From positions 1-6,739 of IMG/VR virus record IMGVR_UViG_2711768034_000001: a DNA stretch of 6,739 nucleotides; one strand, written 5' to 3'. Positions 1-6,235 of this stretch are shown one piece after another; the first letter of the stretch is position 1; every line of letters begins with the position of its first letter. The translations under genes were made by a program, and so were the position numbers. The DNA comes from a virus. Taxonomy: Duplodnaviria > Heunggongvirae > Uroviricota > Caudoviricetes. The notes under the pieces were generated by a model that saw only the letters and a program-made list of their open reading frames with translations, did not search any database and was not told the origin of the DNA.

Positions 1-170
1 CGCTTCCGCATGTCAGCGATGGTGGCGTTCGCCTTCTCCAGTTCACTGGCCTTGTTATCGCGCTGCTCTTTGTAGGCGATTGCGTTATCACGGTAATGAT
101 TAACAGCCCATGACAGGCAAACGATGATGCAGATAACCAGAGCGGAGATAATCGCGGTTACTCTGCTCAT
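1..170 (-). CDS. Rz: Rz spanin (inner-membrane subunit), N-terminal part only; the gene continues beyond position 1
   Basis: Reverse complement of 1..170 translates [57 protein letters not shown] with no stop, which I recognise as the lambda Rz N-terminus. Its ATG (168..170) overlaps the R stop (167..169) as ATGA. It sits directly downstream of R as in lambda. Confidence 0.85.
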   Translation of the reverse strand, partial: MSRVTAIISALVICIIVCLSWAVNHYRDNAIAYKEQRDNKASELEKANATIADMRK

Positions 171-643
171 ACCTCAATCTCTCTGACCGTTCCGCCAACT
201 TCTTTGAATTTTGCAATCAGGCTGTCTGCCTTATGCTCAAACTGGCCATAGCCTGCCCCGGGCAATGACGCCCAGATATTGCTGCAACGGTCGATTGCCT
301 GACGAATATCACCGCGGTCAATCATCGGTAAAGCGCCACGCTCTTTAATCTGTTGCAGTGCCACAGCGTCCTGGCTTTTCGGAGAGAAGTCTTTCAGGCC
401 AAGCTGCTTGCGGTAGGCATCCCACCAACGGGAAAGAAGCTGGTAACGTCCGGCGGCTGTTGATTTGAGTTTTGGGTTTAGCGTGACAAGTTTGCGAGGG
501 TGATCGGAGTAATCAGTGAATAGCTCTCCGCCAACAATGACGTCATAACCATGATTTCTGGTTTTCTGCCGTCCGTTATCAGTTCCCTCTGACCACGCCA
601 GCATATCGAGGAACGCCTTACGTTGATTATTGATTTCCACCAT
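167..643 (-). CDS. R: Endolysin R (lambda-type lytic transglycosylase)
   Basis: The 158-aa ORF is near-identical to my recollection of lambda R ([24 protein letters not shown]...), including the catalytic-Glu WSEGTD context. ATG at 641..643. It overlaps the 3' end of S by 17 nt, as in lambda. Confidence 0.95.
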   Translation of the reverse strand: MVEINNQRKAFLDMLAWSEGTDNGRQKTRNHGYDVIVGGELFTDYSDHPRKLVTLNPKLKSTAAGRYQLLSRWWDAYRKQLGLKDFSPKSQDAVALQQIKERGALPMIDRGDIRQAIDRCSNIWASLPGAGYGQFEHKADSLIAKFKEVGGTVREIEV

Positions 644-950
644 CTTCTACTCCGGCTTTTTTAGCAGCGAAGCGTTTGATAAGCGAACCAATCGAGTCAG
701 TACCGATGTAGCCGATGAACACGCTCGTTATATAAGCGAGATTGCTACTTAGTCCGGCGAAGTCGAGAAGGTCACGAATGAACCAGGCGATAATGGCGCA
801 CATCGTTGCGTCGATTACTGTTTTTGTAAACGCACCGCCATTATATCTGCCGCGAAGGTACGCCATTGCAAACGCAAGGATTGCCCCGATGCCTTGTTCC
901 TTTGCCGCGAGAATGGCGGCTAACAGGTCATGTTTTTCTGGCATCTTCAT
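627..950 (-). CDS. S: Holin/antiholin S with dual-start motif (S107 from Met1, S105 from Met3)
   Basis: The 107-aa ORF begins [20 protein letters not shown], the lambda S dual-start motif, and is hydrophobic with TM segments. ATG at 948..950 and second ATG at 942..944. The upstream minus-strand sequence CCCCTTATTGGGGCTAAGACATGAAGATG matches the lambda S leader. Confidence 0.95.
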   Translation of the reverse strand: MKMPEKHDLLAAILAAKEQGIGAILAFAMAYLRGRYNGGAFTKTVIDATMCAIIAWFIRDLLDFAGLSSNLAYITSVFIGYIGTDSIGSLIKRFAAKKAGVEDGGNQ

Positions 951-970
951 GTCTTAGCCCCAATAAGGGG
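951..970 (-). promoter_or_regulatory. S translation-initiation leader with sdi-type stem-loop (CCCC-TTATT-GGGG) just upstream of the dual start
   Basis: Plus 958..970 is ccccaataagggg, a 4-bp GC stem with 5-nt loop, positioned as the lambda sdi hairpin that sets the S107/S105 ratio. The role is inferred from established lambda biology. Confidence 0.5.
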
Positions 971-1070
971 ATTTGCTCTATTTATTTAGGAATAAGGTCG
1001 ATTACTGATAGAACAAATCCAGGCTACTGTGTTTAGTAATCAGATTTGTTCGTGACCGATATGCACGGGC

Positions 1071-1105
1071 AAAACGGCAGGAGGCTGTTAGCGCGACCTC
1101 CTGCC
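1071..1105 (-). terminator. Candidate intrinsic terminator (tR'-like) between the tRNA genes and S
   Basis: Perfect 9-bp GC-rich inverted repeat ggcaggagg (1076..1084) and cctcctgcc (1097..1105) with a 12-nt loop. On the minus strand the stem is followed by GTTTTG (plus 1071..1075 aaaac). The U-tract is short, so confidence is modest. Confidence 0.35.
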
Positions 1106-1192
1106 ACCCGCTTTCACGAAGATCATGTGTAGAAGGCCGCAGCGTAACTATCACTGATGAATTCAGGATAGCCAGTGGCTACGGCTCAGTTA

Positions 1193-1268
1193 TGGTGCTG
1201 TTTAACGGACTTGAACCGCTACCCATTCGCTTACAAGGCGACCGCTCTACCATTGGAGCTAAAACAGC
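1193..1268 (-). tRNA. tRNA, anticodon read as UGU (Thr-like), 76 nt with encoded CCA
   Basis: Minus-strand sequence GCTGTTTTAGCTCCAATGGTAGAGCGGTCGCCTTGTAAGCGAATGGGTAGCGGTTCAAGTCCGTTAAACAGCACCA folds as a cloverleaf: 7-bp acceptor GCTGTTT/AAACAGC, D-arm GCTC-CAATGGTA-GAGC, anticodon loop CTTGTAA, T-arm AGCGG-TTCAAGT-CCGTT, discriminator A. One G-A mismatch at the top of the anticodon stem. Confidence 0.7.
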
Positions 1269-1273
1269 ATGTT

Positions 1274-1348
1274 TGGCGGGACAGCGTGGACTCGAACCAC
1301 GATAAGAAGGTTAACAGCCTTCCGTAATGACCTTTATACGACTGACCC
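1274..1348 (-). tRNA. tRNA, anticodon read as GUU (Asn-like), 75 nt with encoded CCA
   Basis: Minus-strand sequence GGGTCAGTCGTATAAAGGTCATTACGGAAGGCTGTTAACCTTCTTATCGTGGTTCGAGTCCACGCTGTCCCGCCA. Perfect anticodon stem GAAGG/CCTTC with loop CTGTTAA, T-arm CGTGG-TTCGAGT-CCACG, discriminator G. The acceptor stem has one T:T mismatch at pair 4-69 and the D-stem is only 3 bp, so it may be a degenerate or pseudo-tRNA. Confidence 0.55.
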
Positions 1349-1411
1349 AAATAAAAAAAGCCACCGTTGCAACTTAAGAGTCACTAATGGCAGCTTACCT
1401 TCTAATTATGG

Positions 1412-1930
1412 CTAAATGGATAATTGCATGTCAAGGCTTTTAACAGCAACATGCTTAACTTTCTCAACACGTTTACGCATTTTAAAAGCATTTTGCATTG
1501 GCTGGTATAAAACAAATAATGACGCTTTCAGGATGTCGTCAATTTCGTTTCTACAGGTTGCCAGTGAAGGTTTTCTCCATCCCTCGCCACCACGTCCACA
1601 CATCTTGCGTGGCTTTGCAGTCGCGTGATAGTAGGATGCAATTGCTCGCTTAGATGAACCATGAGCGTAGTAGCTTAGGAGGATGCCAAAGGCTTTCTTG
1701 TCAATGTACATGACGGAATCGACGACCTGAGAAATCAACATTCCATCATCATCATTACACATTGGCCTTGTCATAACTCTTCCCGGCTCTACGCTCTCCA
1801 TGAACTTCGCTATTACGCTGCTCATGCGCTTTTCCAGACGACCTGAATAAACCCATGCGCCCCACAGTTCAAGCCAGCCATTCAGCCACTCATGCTGTTC
1901 TTTGGTGAGGTTTAGTTCTCTTATGCCCAC
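1412..1930 (-). CDS. Q: Late-gene antiterminator Q, non-lambda type (82/933W-like Phage_antitermQ family)
   Basis: The 172-aa ORF lies between ninI and the lysis genes. It has the W-x-x-W-G-A-W motif (LELWGAWV) and the Cys/Asp-rich [10 protein letters not shown] segment, which parallel the ERWGAWA and RPQCCDDDAM motifs I recall from 933W-type Q. It is not lambda Q. The start is GTG at 1928..1930, with no in-frame ATG nearby, and overlaps the ninI stop by 10 nt. Confidence 0.7.
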   Translation of the reverse strand: MGIRELNLTKEQHEWLNGWLELWGAWVYSGRLEKRMSSVIAKFMESVEPGRVMTRPMCNDDDGMLISQVVDSVMYIDKKAFGILLSYYAHGSSKRAIASYYHATAKPRKMCGRGGEGWRKPSLATCRNEIDDILKASLFVLYQPMQNAFKMRKRVEKVKHVAVKSLDMQLSI

Positions 1931-2592
1931 GCGCCTTCTCCCTGTACCTGAATCAATGTGAGGTTTCCGCAGAACACTGCGCCGGTATCGATATACATCT
2001 GGTTGGCAAATTTGAGTGGTTTCACTGCTGGCGTATGACCAAAGATGAACGTGTCCGCGCCTTTGATTTCTTTCACGATCCCGTCTTGTGAGTTGCCGAT
2101 TCGTTCGCGGTTCCAGATTACCTGCTGATGATCAACTGGCTTTCCAAACTCGTATTCATCACAAGGATAATCGGCGTGGCAAATGACATATTTTTTACCT
2201 TTGCTCACCAGTTCGATAATTAACGGAAGTTCATCTGCTTTATGGGCAAGAGCTTTAGCCAGAATCTCTTTGTCGTAATCGAGATTGAAGAACCAGCCAC
2301 CGCCATTAAGCAGCCAGTGATTGACGTTTCCGCGCTCTGATAAGCCATCAATCATCATTTGCTCATGGTTTCCACGTACAGCTCTGAACCAGGGGAATGT
2401 GATTAATTCCAGGCATTCGACGTTCTCTATACCGCGATCAACCAAATCGCCAACCGAGATAAGCAGGTCTTTTTTGGTGTCGAATCCAATTGTCTCCAGT
2501 TTTTTCATCAGGTTCGTGTAGCATCCGTGCAGATCGCCAACTACCCAAATATTTCGGTATTTGCTGCCATCAATTCTTTCGTAGATATTCAT
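1921..2592 (-). CDS. ninI: NinI Ser/Thr protein phosphatase (lambda PPase homolog)
   Basis: The 223-aa ORF has the metallophosphatase motifs GDLHG, GDLVDRG and GNHE, and is near-identical to lambda NinI as I recall it (…[26 protein letters not shown]…). ATG at 2590..2592 overlaps the ninG stop as ATGA. Confidence 0.95.
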   Translation of the reverse strand: MNIYERIDGSKYRNIWVVGDLHGCYTNLMKKLETIGFDTKKDLLISVGDLVDRGIENVECLELITFPWFRAVRGNHEQMMIDGLSERGNVNHWLLNGGGWFFNLDYDKEILAKALAHKADELPLIIELVSKGKKYVICHADYPCDEYEFGKPVDHQQVIWNRERIGNSQDGIVKEIKGADTFIFGHTPAVKPLKFANQMYIDTGAVFCGNLTLIQVQGEGAWA

Positions 2593-3203
2593 GCAGCCTC
2601 ACTTCTGCTGTTTCGCAGTTTTTTAAGTTTCTGTTGATACTCCGCCTTGATGGTCCTGCACTCTTCGACAGTCCAGCGATGGCGGTTATGGTTTGATTCG
2701 ATTTCGTCTACTGTTTCCTGCCCGATGCGGTTAATCAGTTCGACGCGATACGGAACGAGATTTCCGCTTTTGTGCTGGTTGCACACCACGCATTGCTTGT
2801 GAATATTGCGTTCATCAAATCGGAGTTGAGGTGCCGCAGCAGTTGTCCGGTAATGCCCGGCATCCCACTGAGCAGACGTGAGCGTCCCGCACGAGATACA
2901 TGGTAAGTCGCGGTCTCTTTCTCTGATGAAGGCGTTTACGGCTTGTTGGGCTTGTTTAATCCAGTAACTGCGGGGCTTTAAGGCGAGTTTTCGAATCTTA
3001 AGTTTATCTTTCTGTTTCTGCTCCTCTCGTCGCCGTTTCTTCTCTGCTGCTTTTTCCGCTTTTTCGCGTTCTTTACTTCGTCGTTCGAGTGCTATCTTGG
3101 TTCCACACTCTGGAGAGCACCACCACTGATTAGCGAATGCAGGGTGAAACCATTCCCGACATTCATCGTTTTTACATCGTCTTCGCGCTGGTTTAGCCAT
3201 CAT
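2589..3203 (-). CDS. ninG: NinG (Rap) recombination-associated structure-specific endonuclease
   Basis: The 204-aa [39 protein letters not shown]... matches lambda NinG/Rap from memory. It is Cys-rich with a basic KR-rich linker. Tandem ATGs at 3201..3203 and 3198..3200 leave the start ambiguous by one codon. Confidence 0.9.
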   Translation of the reverse strand: MMAKPARRRCKNDECREWFHPAFANQWWCSPECGTKIALERRSKEREKAEKAAEKKRRREEQKQKDKLKIRKLALKPRSYWIKQAQQAVNAFIRERDRDLPCISCGTLTSAQWDAGHYRTTAAAPQLRFDERNIHKQCVVCNQHKSGNLVPYRVELINRIGQETVDEIESNHNRHRWTVEECRTIKAEYQQKLKKLRNSRSEAA

Positions 3204-3363
3204 CTTCTTCCTCGTGCATCGAGCTATTCGAATCGCTCATCAGCTCTGCACAGCAGTGCTCACACACGTGAACTTCCAGCACATGCAGCTTCTGACCGCA
3301 GTTAGCGCACGTTAAAGCCCGCTCGACGCTTTCTTGTTCGTAACTTCGATTTGGGTCAATCAC
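3193..3363 (-). CDS. ninF: NinF (small Cys-rich zinc-ribbon-like protein)
   Basis: The C-terminal 56 aa ([43 protein letters not shown]...EEEDDG) match lambda NinF. I place the start at GTG 3361..3363, preceded by GAGGAA and overlapping the ninE stop as GTGA, mirroring the lambda ATGA junction. The ORF track's longer 3193..3405 version also starts with GTG and is an alternative. Confidence 0.7.
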   Translation of the reverse strand: MIDPNRSYEQESVERALTCANCGQKLHVLEVHVCEHCCAELMSDSNSSMHEEEDDG

Positions 3364-3542
3364 CTTGTATTCCTCGCACGATGTCTTAGCCACCGGATAT
3401 CCCACAGGTGAGCCGTGTAGTTGAAGGTTTTTACGTCAGATTCTTTTGGGATTGGCTTGCGTTTATTTCTGGAGCGTTTCGTTGGAAGGTATTTGCAGTT
3501 TTCGCAGATTATGTCGGTGATACTTCGTCGCTGTCGCCTCAT
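3360..3542 (-). CDS. ninE: NinE
   Basis: The internal Met of the 90-aa track ORF yields the 60-aa [60 protein letters not shown], matching lambda NinE. ATG at 3540..3542 overlaps the methyltransferase stop as ATGA. The track's N-terminal extension overlaps the upstream gene and is unlikely to be translated. Confidence 0.85.
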   Translation of the reverse strand: MRRQRRSITDIICENCKYLPTKRSRNKRKPIPKESDVKTFNYTAHLWDIRWLRHRARNTR

Positions 3543-4093
3543 GCCGCCCTCCTGACGCCCTGCCCGATCGCCATCAATGCCGCTTTGGATACGGTAGTAA
3601 ACATCCGTCGAGGACTGATGAACGGTCGCCAAATCAGCAGCATGGAACCTTTGCTGTTTCCCTTCTTCTCCAGCCCTGTCGATGGTTCGATAAAATTAAT
3701 CCGTCCATCAGTGATAATACGAACTTCGTCGACACTCTCCAGAGCCTTGCTGAACCATCCGACTGACATATCCTCTGGCACAAGCATAACTACCGTCTGT
3801 CGCTGTTGTATGCACTGCTCAGCGGCTTTTTCCACCCACGGCCTGATATTGCTGTACGGTAGGTTATTCCAGATTGCACCGTGGCTTATCCACTCAGAAT
3901 TGAGCGCGTCGTCAGCCTCAGTTAGCCAGTGAGCGCACAGAGCATTTTTGTCGCTCGCTGCCGAATCCAGCCAGAATCCAAACTCAATATCCAGTGCATC
4001 AAAAAGCCAAAGCGGCGTTTGCCAGCAGTCCTTGTCGTGTGCTGGCGTATTTGATTTGATAGTCATGCAGCCTTCCCTTTTCGTTGTGACCAT
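3539..4093 (-). CDS. Phage Dam-family DNA N6-adenine methyltransferase (orphan; occupies the lambda ninC/ninD slot)
   Basis: The 184-aa ORF carries the N-terminal [26 protein letters not shown] signature typical of phage Dam-type methyltransferases (Pfam Dam, PF05869) and an NLPY motif resembling the catalytic (D/N)PPY motif. An alternative ATG at 4064..4066 (Met10) overlaps the ninB stop as ATGA and may be the true start, giving 175 aa. Confidence 0.75.
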   Translation of the reverse strand: MVTTKREGCMTIKSNTPAHDKDCWQTPLWLFDALDIEFGFWLDSAASDKNALCAHWLTEADDALNSEWISHGAIWNNLPYSNIRPWVEKAAEQCIQQRQTVVMLVPEDMSVGWFSKALESVDEVRIITDGRINFIEPSTGLEKKGNSKGSMLLIWRPFISPRRMFTTVSKAALMAIGQGVRRAA

Positions 4094-4509
4094 TCATACT
4101 CTCGCCGGGAGTCATCACTCCACCGCACGTTGCGCTCTGAGCCGAACCAGAACATGATTTCGATAAGCTCAGTCATGCTGGCCTTTCGCATTTTGCTGGT
4201 ACGCACGCCAAGCATAACAACGCCACCGTCGATACCAGGCGCACTTCGTTGCTCCAGTTTTTTGGTCTTAAGCCACAGGGCAGTGAACAGATCTTTCCAG
4301 TCCTCCGGCGCAAGTCTCTCTCCATGCCAGAGCACCTGACGCGATACGTCCTGCAATAACGCCCACATAAGGCGGTTTTGAGGATTGCTCCGCTTTGGTT
4401 CTTTAATGTGGACTTCGTGAGGTGACTTGTCGTCGATCGGAAGTGAGAGTATTGCGTCTATGGCGTTGTTTCTGATTGCTTCGTTGCGAAGCATGTATAT
4501 TTGCTTCAT
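4063..4509 (-). CDS. ninB: NinB (Orf-family recombination mediator)
   Basis: Homologous to lambda NinB from memory (…NPQNRLMWALLQDVSRQVLWHGERL…RWSDD…EW…RKGKAA against lambda …DQNRKLWACLGDVSRQVEWHGRWL…KWSDE…EW…RWGDRAA). I place the start at ATG 4507..4509, preceded by GAGGT and aligning with the lambda N-terminus. The track start at 4527 is a TTG that overlaps the upstream ORF. Confidence 0.85.
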   Translation of the reverse strand: MKQIYMLRNEAIRNNAIDAILSLPIDDKSPHEVHIKEPKRSNPQNRLMWALLQDVSRQVLWHGERLAPEDWKDLFTALWLKTKKLEQRSAPGIDGGVVMLGVRTSKMRKASMTELIEIMFWFGSERNVRWSDDSRREYEWSQRKGKAA

Positions 4510-4516
4510 CGTTACC

Positions 4517-4723
4517 TCAACTAACAAAACGCCACGCCATTTTTGCTACAGCGACAGGCATAACACCGATAATCACCCAGACAAATGCAGCGCCAAACAA
4601 CGTATACCATGGGTCTTTACCGTCATTCACAAGACGAATGTAGCTATGCAGAACAATAAAAAACGTCAGAAGAATCCATCCAACGCCAACGCATTTGAGT
4701 GCGACGAGCATAAACTCAGCCAC
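4517..4723 (-). CDS. Small hypothetical membrane protein (68 aa, two predicted TM helices), function unknown
   Basis: Two hydrophobic stretches (GVGWILLTFFIVLHSYI and LFGAAFVWVIIGVMPVAVA) separated by a short polar loop RLVNDGKDP. GTG start at 4721..4723 is preceded by a strong SD, GGGGGAGAG; an in-frame ATG lies at 4709..4711. It is co-oriented and tightly packed with the operon. No homolog recognised. Confidence 0.55.
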   Translation of the reverse strand: MAEFMLVALKCVGVGWILLTFFIVLHSYIRLVNDGKDPWYTLFGAAFVWVIIGVMPVAVAKMAWRFVS

Positions 4724-4738
4724 GATTTACTCTCCCCC

Positions 4739-4770
4739 AAATAAAAAGGCCTGCGATTACCAGCAGGCCT
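4739..4770 (-). terminator. Intrinsic terminator (tR2-like) between the helicase gene and the nin region
   Basis: 8-bp inverted repeat aggcctgc (4747..4754) and gcaggcct (4763..4770) with an 8-nt loop. On the minus strand the stem is followed directly by TTTTTATTT (plus 4739..4746). It lies 29 nt downstream of the helicase stop and just upstream of the membrane ORF SD. Confidence 0.55.
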
Positions 4771-4798
4771 GTTATTAGCTCAGTGATGTAGATGGTCA

Positions 4799-6235
4799 TC
4801 AGAATCCTCCTTTCTTCTTGGACTGCGGTTCCTCGCGTTCACGGCGGCGCATTTCAGCAGACTGTTGGTCTGTGTCATAAATAGCGCCATTTGCCTGAAT
4901 GCAATACACCGTGCCGGTATTGCCATGACGATTGAGGCGAAGGATTAGTTCGGTTTCACCAGGAGGAACGCTGTCATCAAAAGCACCTTCCCGATGGATC
5001 CCAACCCAATAATCGCAATCCTGTTCAATCTGCCCTGTATCTCGTGAGTCACTTGGTAATGGGCGTTTATTGGTTCGGCTTTCCAGTGCGCGGTTAAGCT
5101 GCGTCAGAAGCACAACAACGCAATCAAGCTCTTTGGCAAGGTTCTTCAGTCCTTTGGTGATCATGCCGTAAGCAAGGTCGTTGCGATCGGCCTTCTCAGC
5201 GGTCATTAGTGTCAGGTAATCGACCAGAATCATGCCAACACATCCTTTTTCTCGCTTGATTCGACGGCTTTCGCTGACGATTTGAGCCAGAGATAATCCC
5301 GGCGTGTCGTCGATGTAAAGCATGTCGATTTCACTCAAGCGATTAGCTGTTTCGATCGCCCTGTTGAAGTCACCATCGTAATCACCCTGATAGCCGTCAT
5401 CAGCGTCATTTGTCGCCGGAAGGTAAAAAATATTCGGGTTAACACCTGACTTCTGTCCTACCAGTTTTTCCAGTATCTGGTCACCGGGCATTTCAAGGCT
5501 GAACATCAGAGCGGGCTTTTTCTCATGCACTGCGCAGTTGATTGCCATCTGGCTGTATAGCGTCGTTTTCCCCATCTTAGGGCGAGCGCCAATGACAAAC
5601 AGAGAGCCTTTCACCAGACCTTTCGGTGACAGCATCCTGTCCAGCGATGGGATCCCTGTGCTCATTCCTCGTTGTTCGCCTGACGGGTCAAATCGCTTCT
5701 CAAGGTCGCTAACCCAGTCTTCCATGACCTCACCAAATGAGCGAAGGCCGCGACGCGATCCGGTGTTTGCATGGTCTGTCAGTTGCGTGAAAATCGCCTG
5801 AATAGCTTCGTACTTCTGCGTTGCAGTCATTCCGTTGCGGGAATAGAGCAATTCCGTAGCTTCAGTCATGCGGTTGATGGCGTAGCGTTCCATTGCGGTT
5901 TCACGAACCTGCATTGCATAGGCAACGATGTTTGCTGCGCTTGGCGTGTTCTTTGCGATCTCAGCGATATAAGCAAAACCGCCAACAGACGCCGTTAACG
6001 ATTTGCGCTCCAGTTCATCGAAAAGCGTCAGGCCATCTACTGGCTTTTGCTCCCGGTGCATTCTGGTTATTTCTTCGAAAAGGATTTTGTGTGGTCGGCT
6101 GTAAAATGAATCAGGCTTCAGCATCGCCAGAACTTTCCGGACGCGCTCACTGCTGTCATCATCCAGAAGCAATCCACCAATCACCGCCTGCTCTGCCTCG
6201 ATGCTATTGGGCGGCGCATAAAAATTATCGGTCAT
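4799..6235 (-). CDS. DnaB-family replicative DNA helicase (P22 gene 12-like), replacing lambda P
   Basis: N-terminal DnaB-like segment IEAEQAVIGGLLLD, Walker A GARPKMGKTT, Walker B-like GMILVDYLTLM. I place the start at ATG 6233..6235, 7 nt after the O-like stop and preceded by GAGGGTGA. The track's GTG at 6250 would overlap the upstream gene by 26 nt. Confidence 0.85.
   Translation of the reverse strand: MTDNFYAPPNSIEAEQAVIGGLLLDDDSSERVRKVLAMLKPDSFYSRPHKILFEEITRMHREQKPVDGLTLFDELERKSLTASVGGFAYIAEIAKNTPSAANIVAYAMQVRETAMERYAINRMTEATELLYSRNGMTATQKYEAIQAIFTQLTDHANTGSRRGLRSFGEVMEDWVSDLEKRFDPSGEQRGMSTGIPSLDRMLSPKGLVKGSLFVIGARPKMGKTTLYSQMAINCAVHEKKPALMFSLEMPGDQILEKLVGQKSGVNPNIFYLPATNDADDGYQGDYDGDFNRAIETANRLSEIDMLYIDDTPGLSLAQIVSESRRIKREKGCVGMILVDYLTLMTAEKADRNDLAYGMITKGLKNLAKELDCVVVLLTQLNRALESRTNKRPLPSDSRDTGQIEQDCDYWVGIHREGAFDDSVPPGETELILRLNRHGNTGTVYCIQANGAIYDTDQQSAEMRRREREEPQSKKKGGF

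Noticed and set aside
1-170. Rz1 (outer-membrane spanin lipoprotein) embedded in Rz
   Set aside because: In lambda Rz1 starts about 220 nt into Rz. Only the first 170 nt of Rz are in this window, so Rz1 would lie beyond position 1 and cannot be called.
1001-1051. Short inverted repeats (attact/agtaat and gaacaaatc/gatttgttc) upstream of S
   Set aside because: The arms are not collinear for a single hairpin and there are too few copies to call an operator or repeat element. Possibly leader RNA structure, but not supportable as a feature.
1106-1192. A third tRNA gene next to the two called
   Set aside because: No T-arm signature (GTTCRA on the minus strand, i.e. TYGAAC on the plus strand) and no cloverleaf-compatible acceptor pairing in this stretch.
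951-1411. Toxin or other protein cargo (stx-like) in the Q-S intergenic region
   Set aside because: No ORF of meaningful length on either strand. The longest candidates are about 12 to 23 codons without an SD. The region is filled by two tRNAs and hairpins.
3408-3932. 174-aa plus-strand ORF, the longest on the plus strand
   Set aside because: It is entirely antisense to the well-supported ninE and methyltransferase genes, and its product is Ser-rich low-complexity with no recognisable motif. Most likely a shadow ORF.
3539-4093. Methyltransferase as half of a restriction-modification system
   Set aside because: The flanking genes are ninB and ninE with 4-nt overlaps. There is no room and no ORF for a cognate endonuclease, so it is treated as an orphan methyltransferase.
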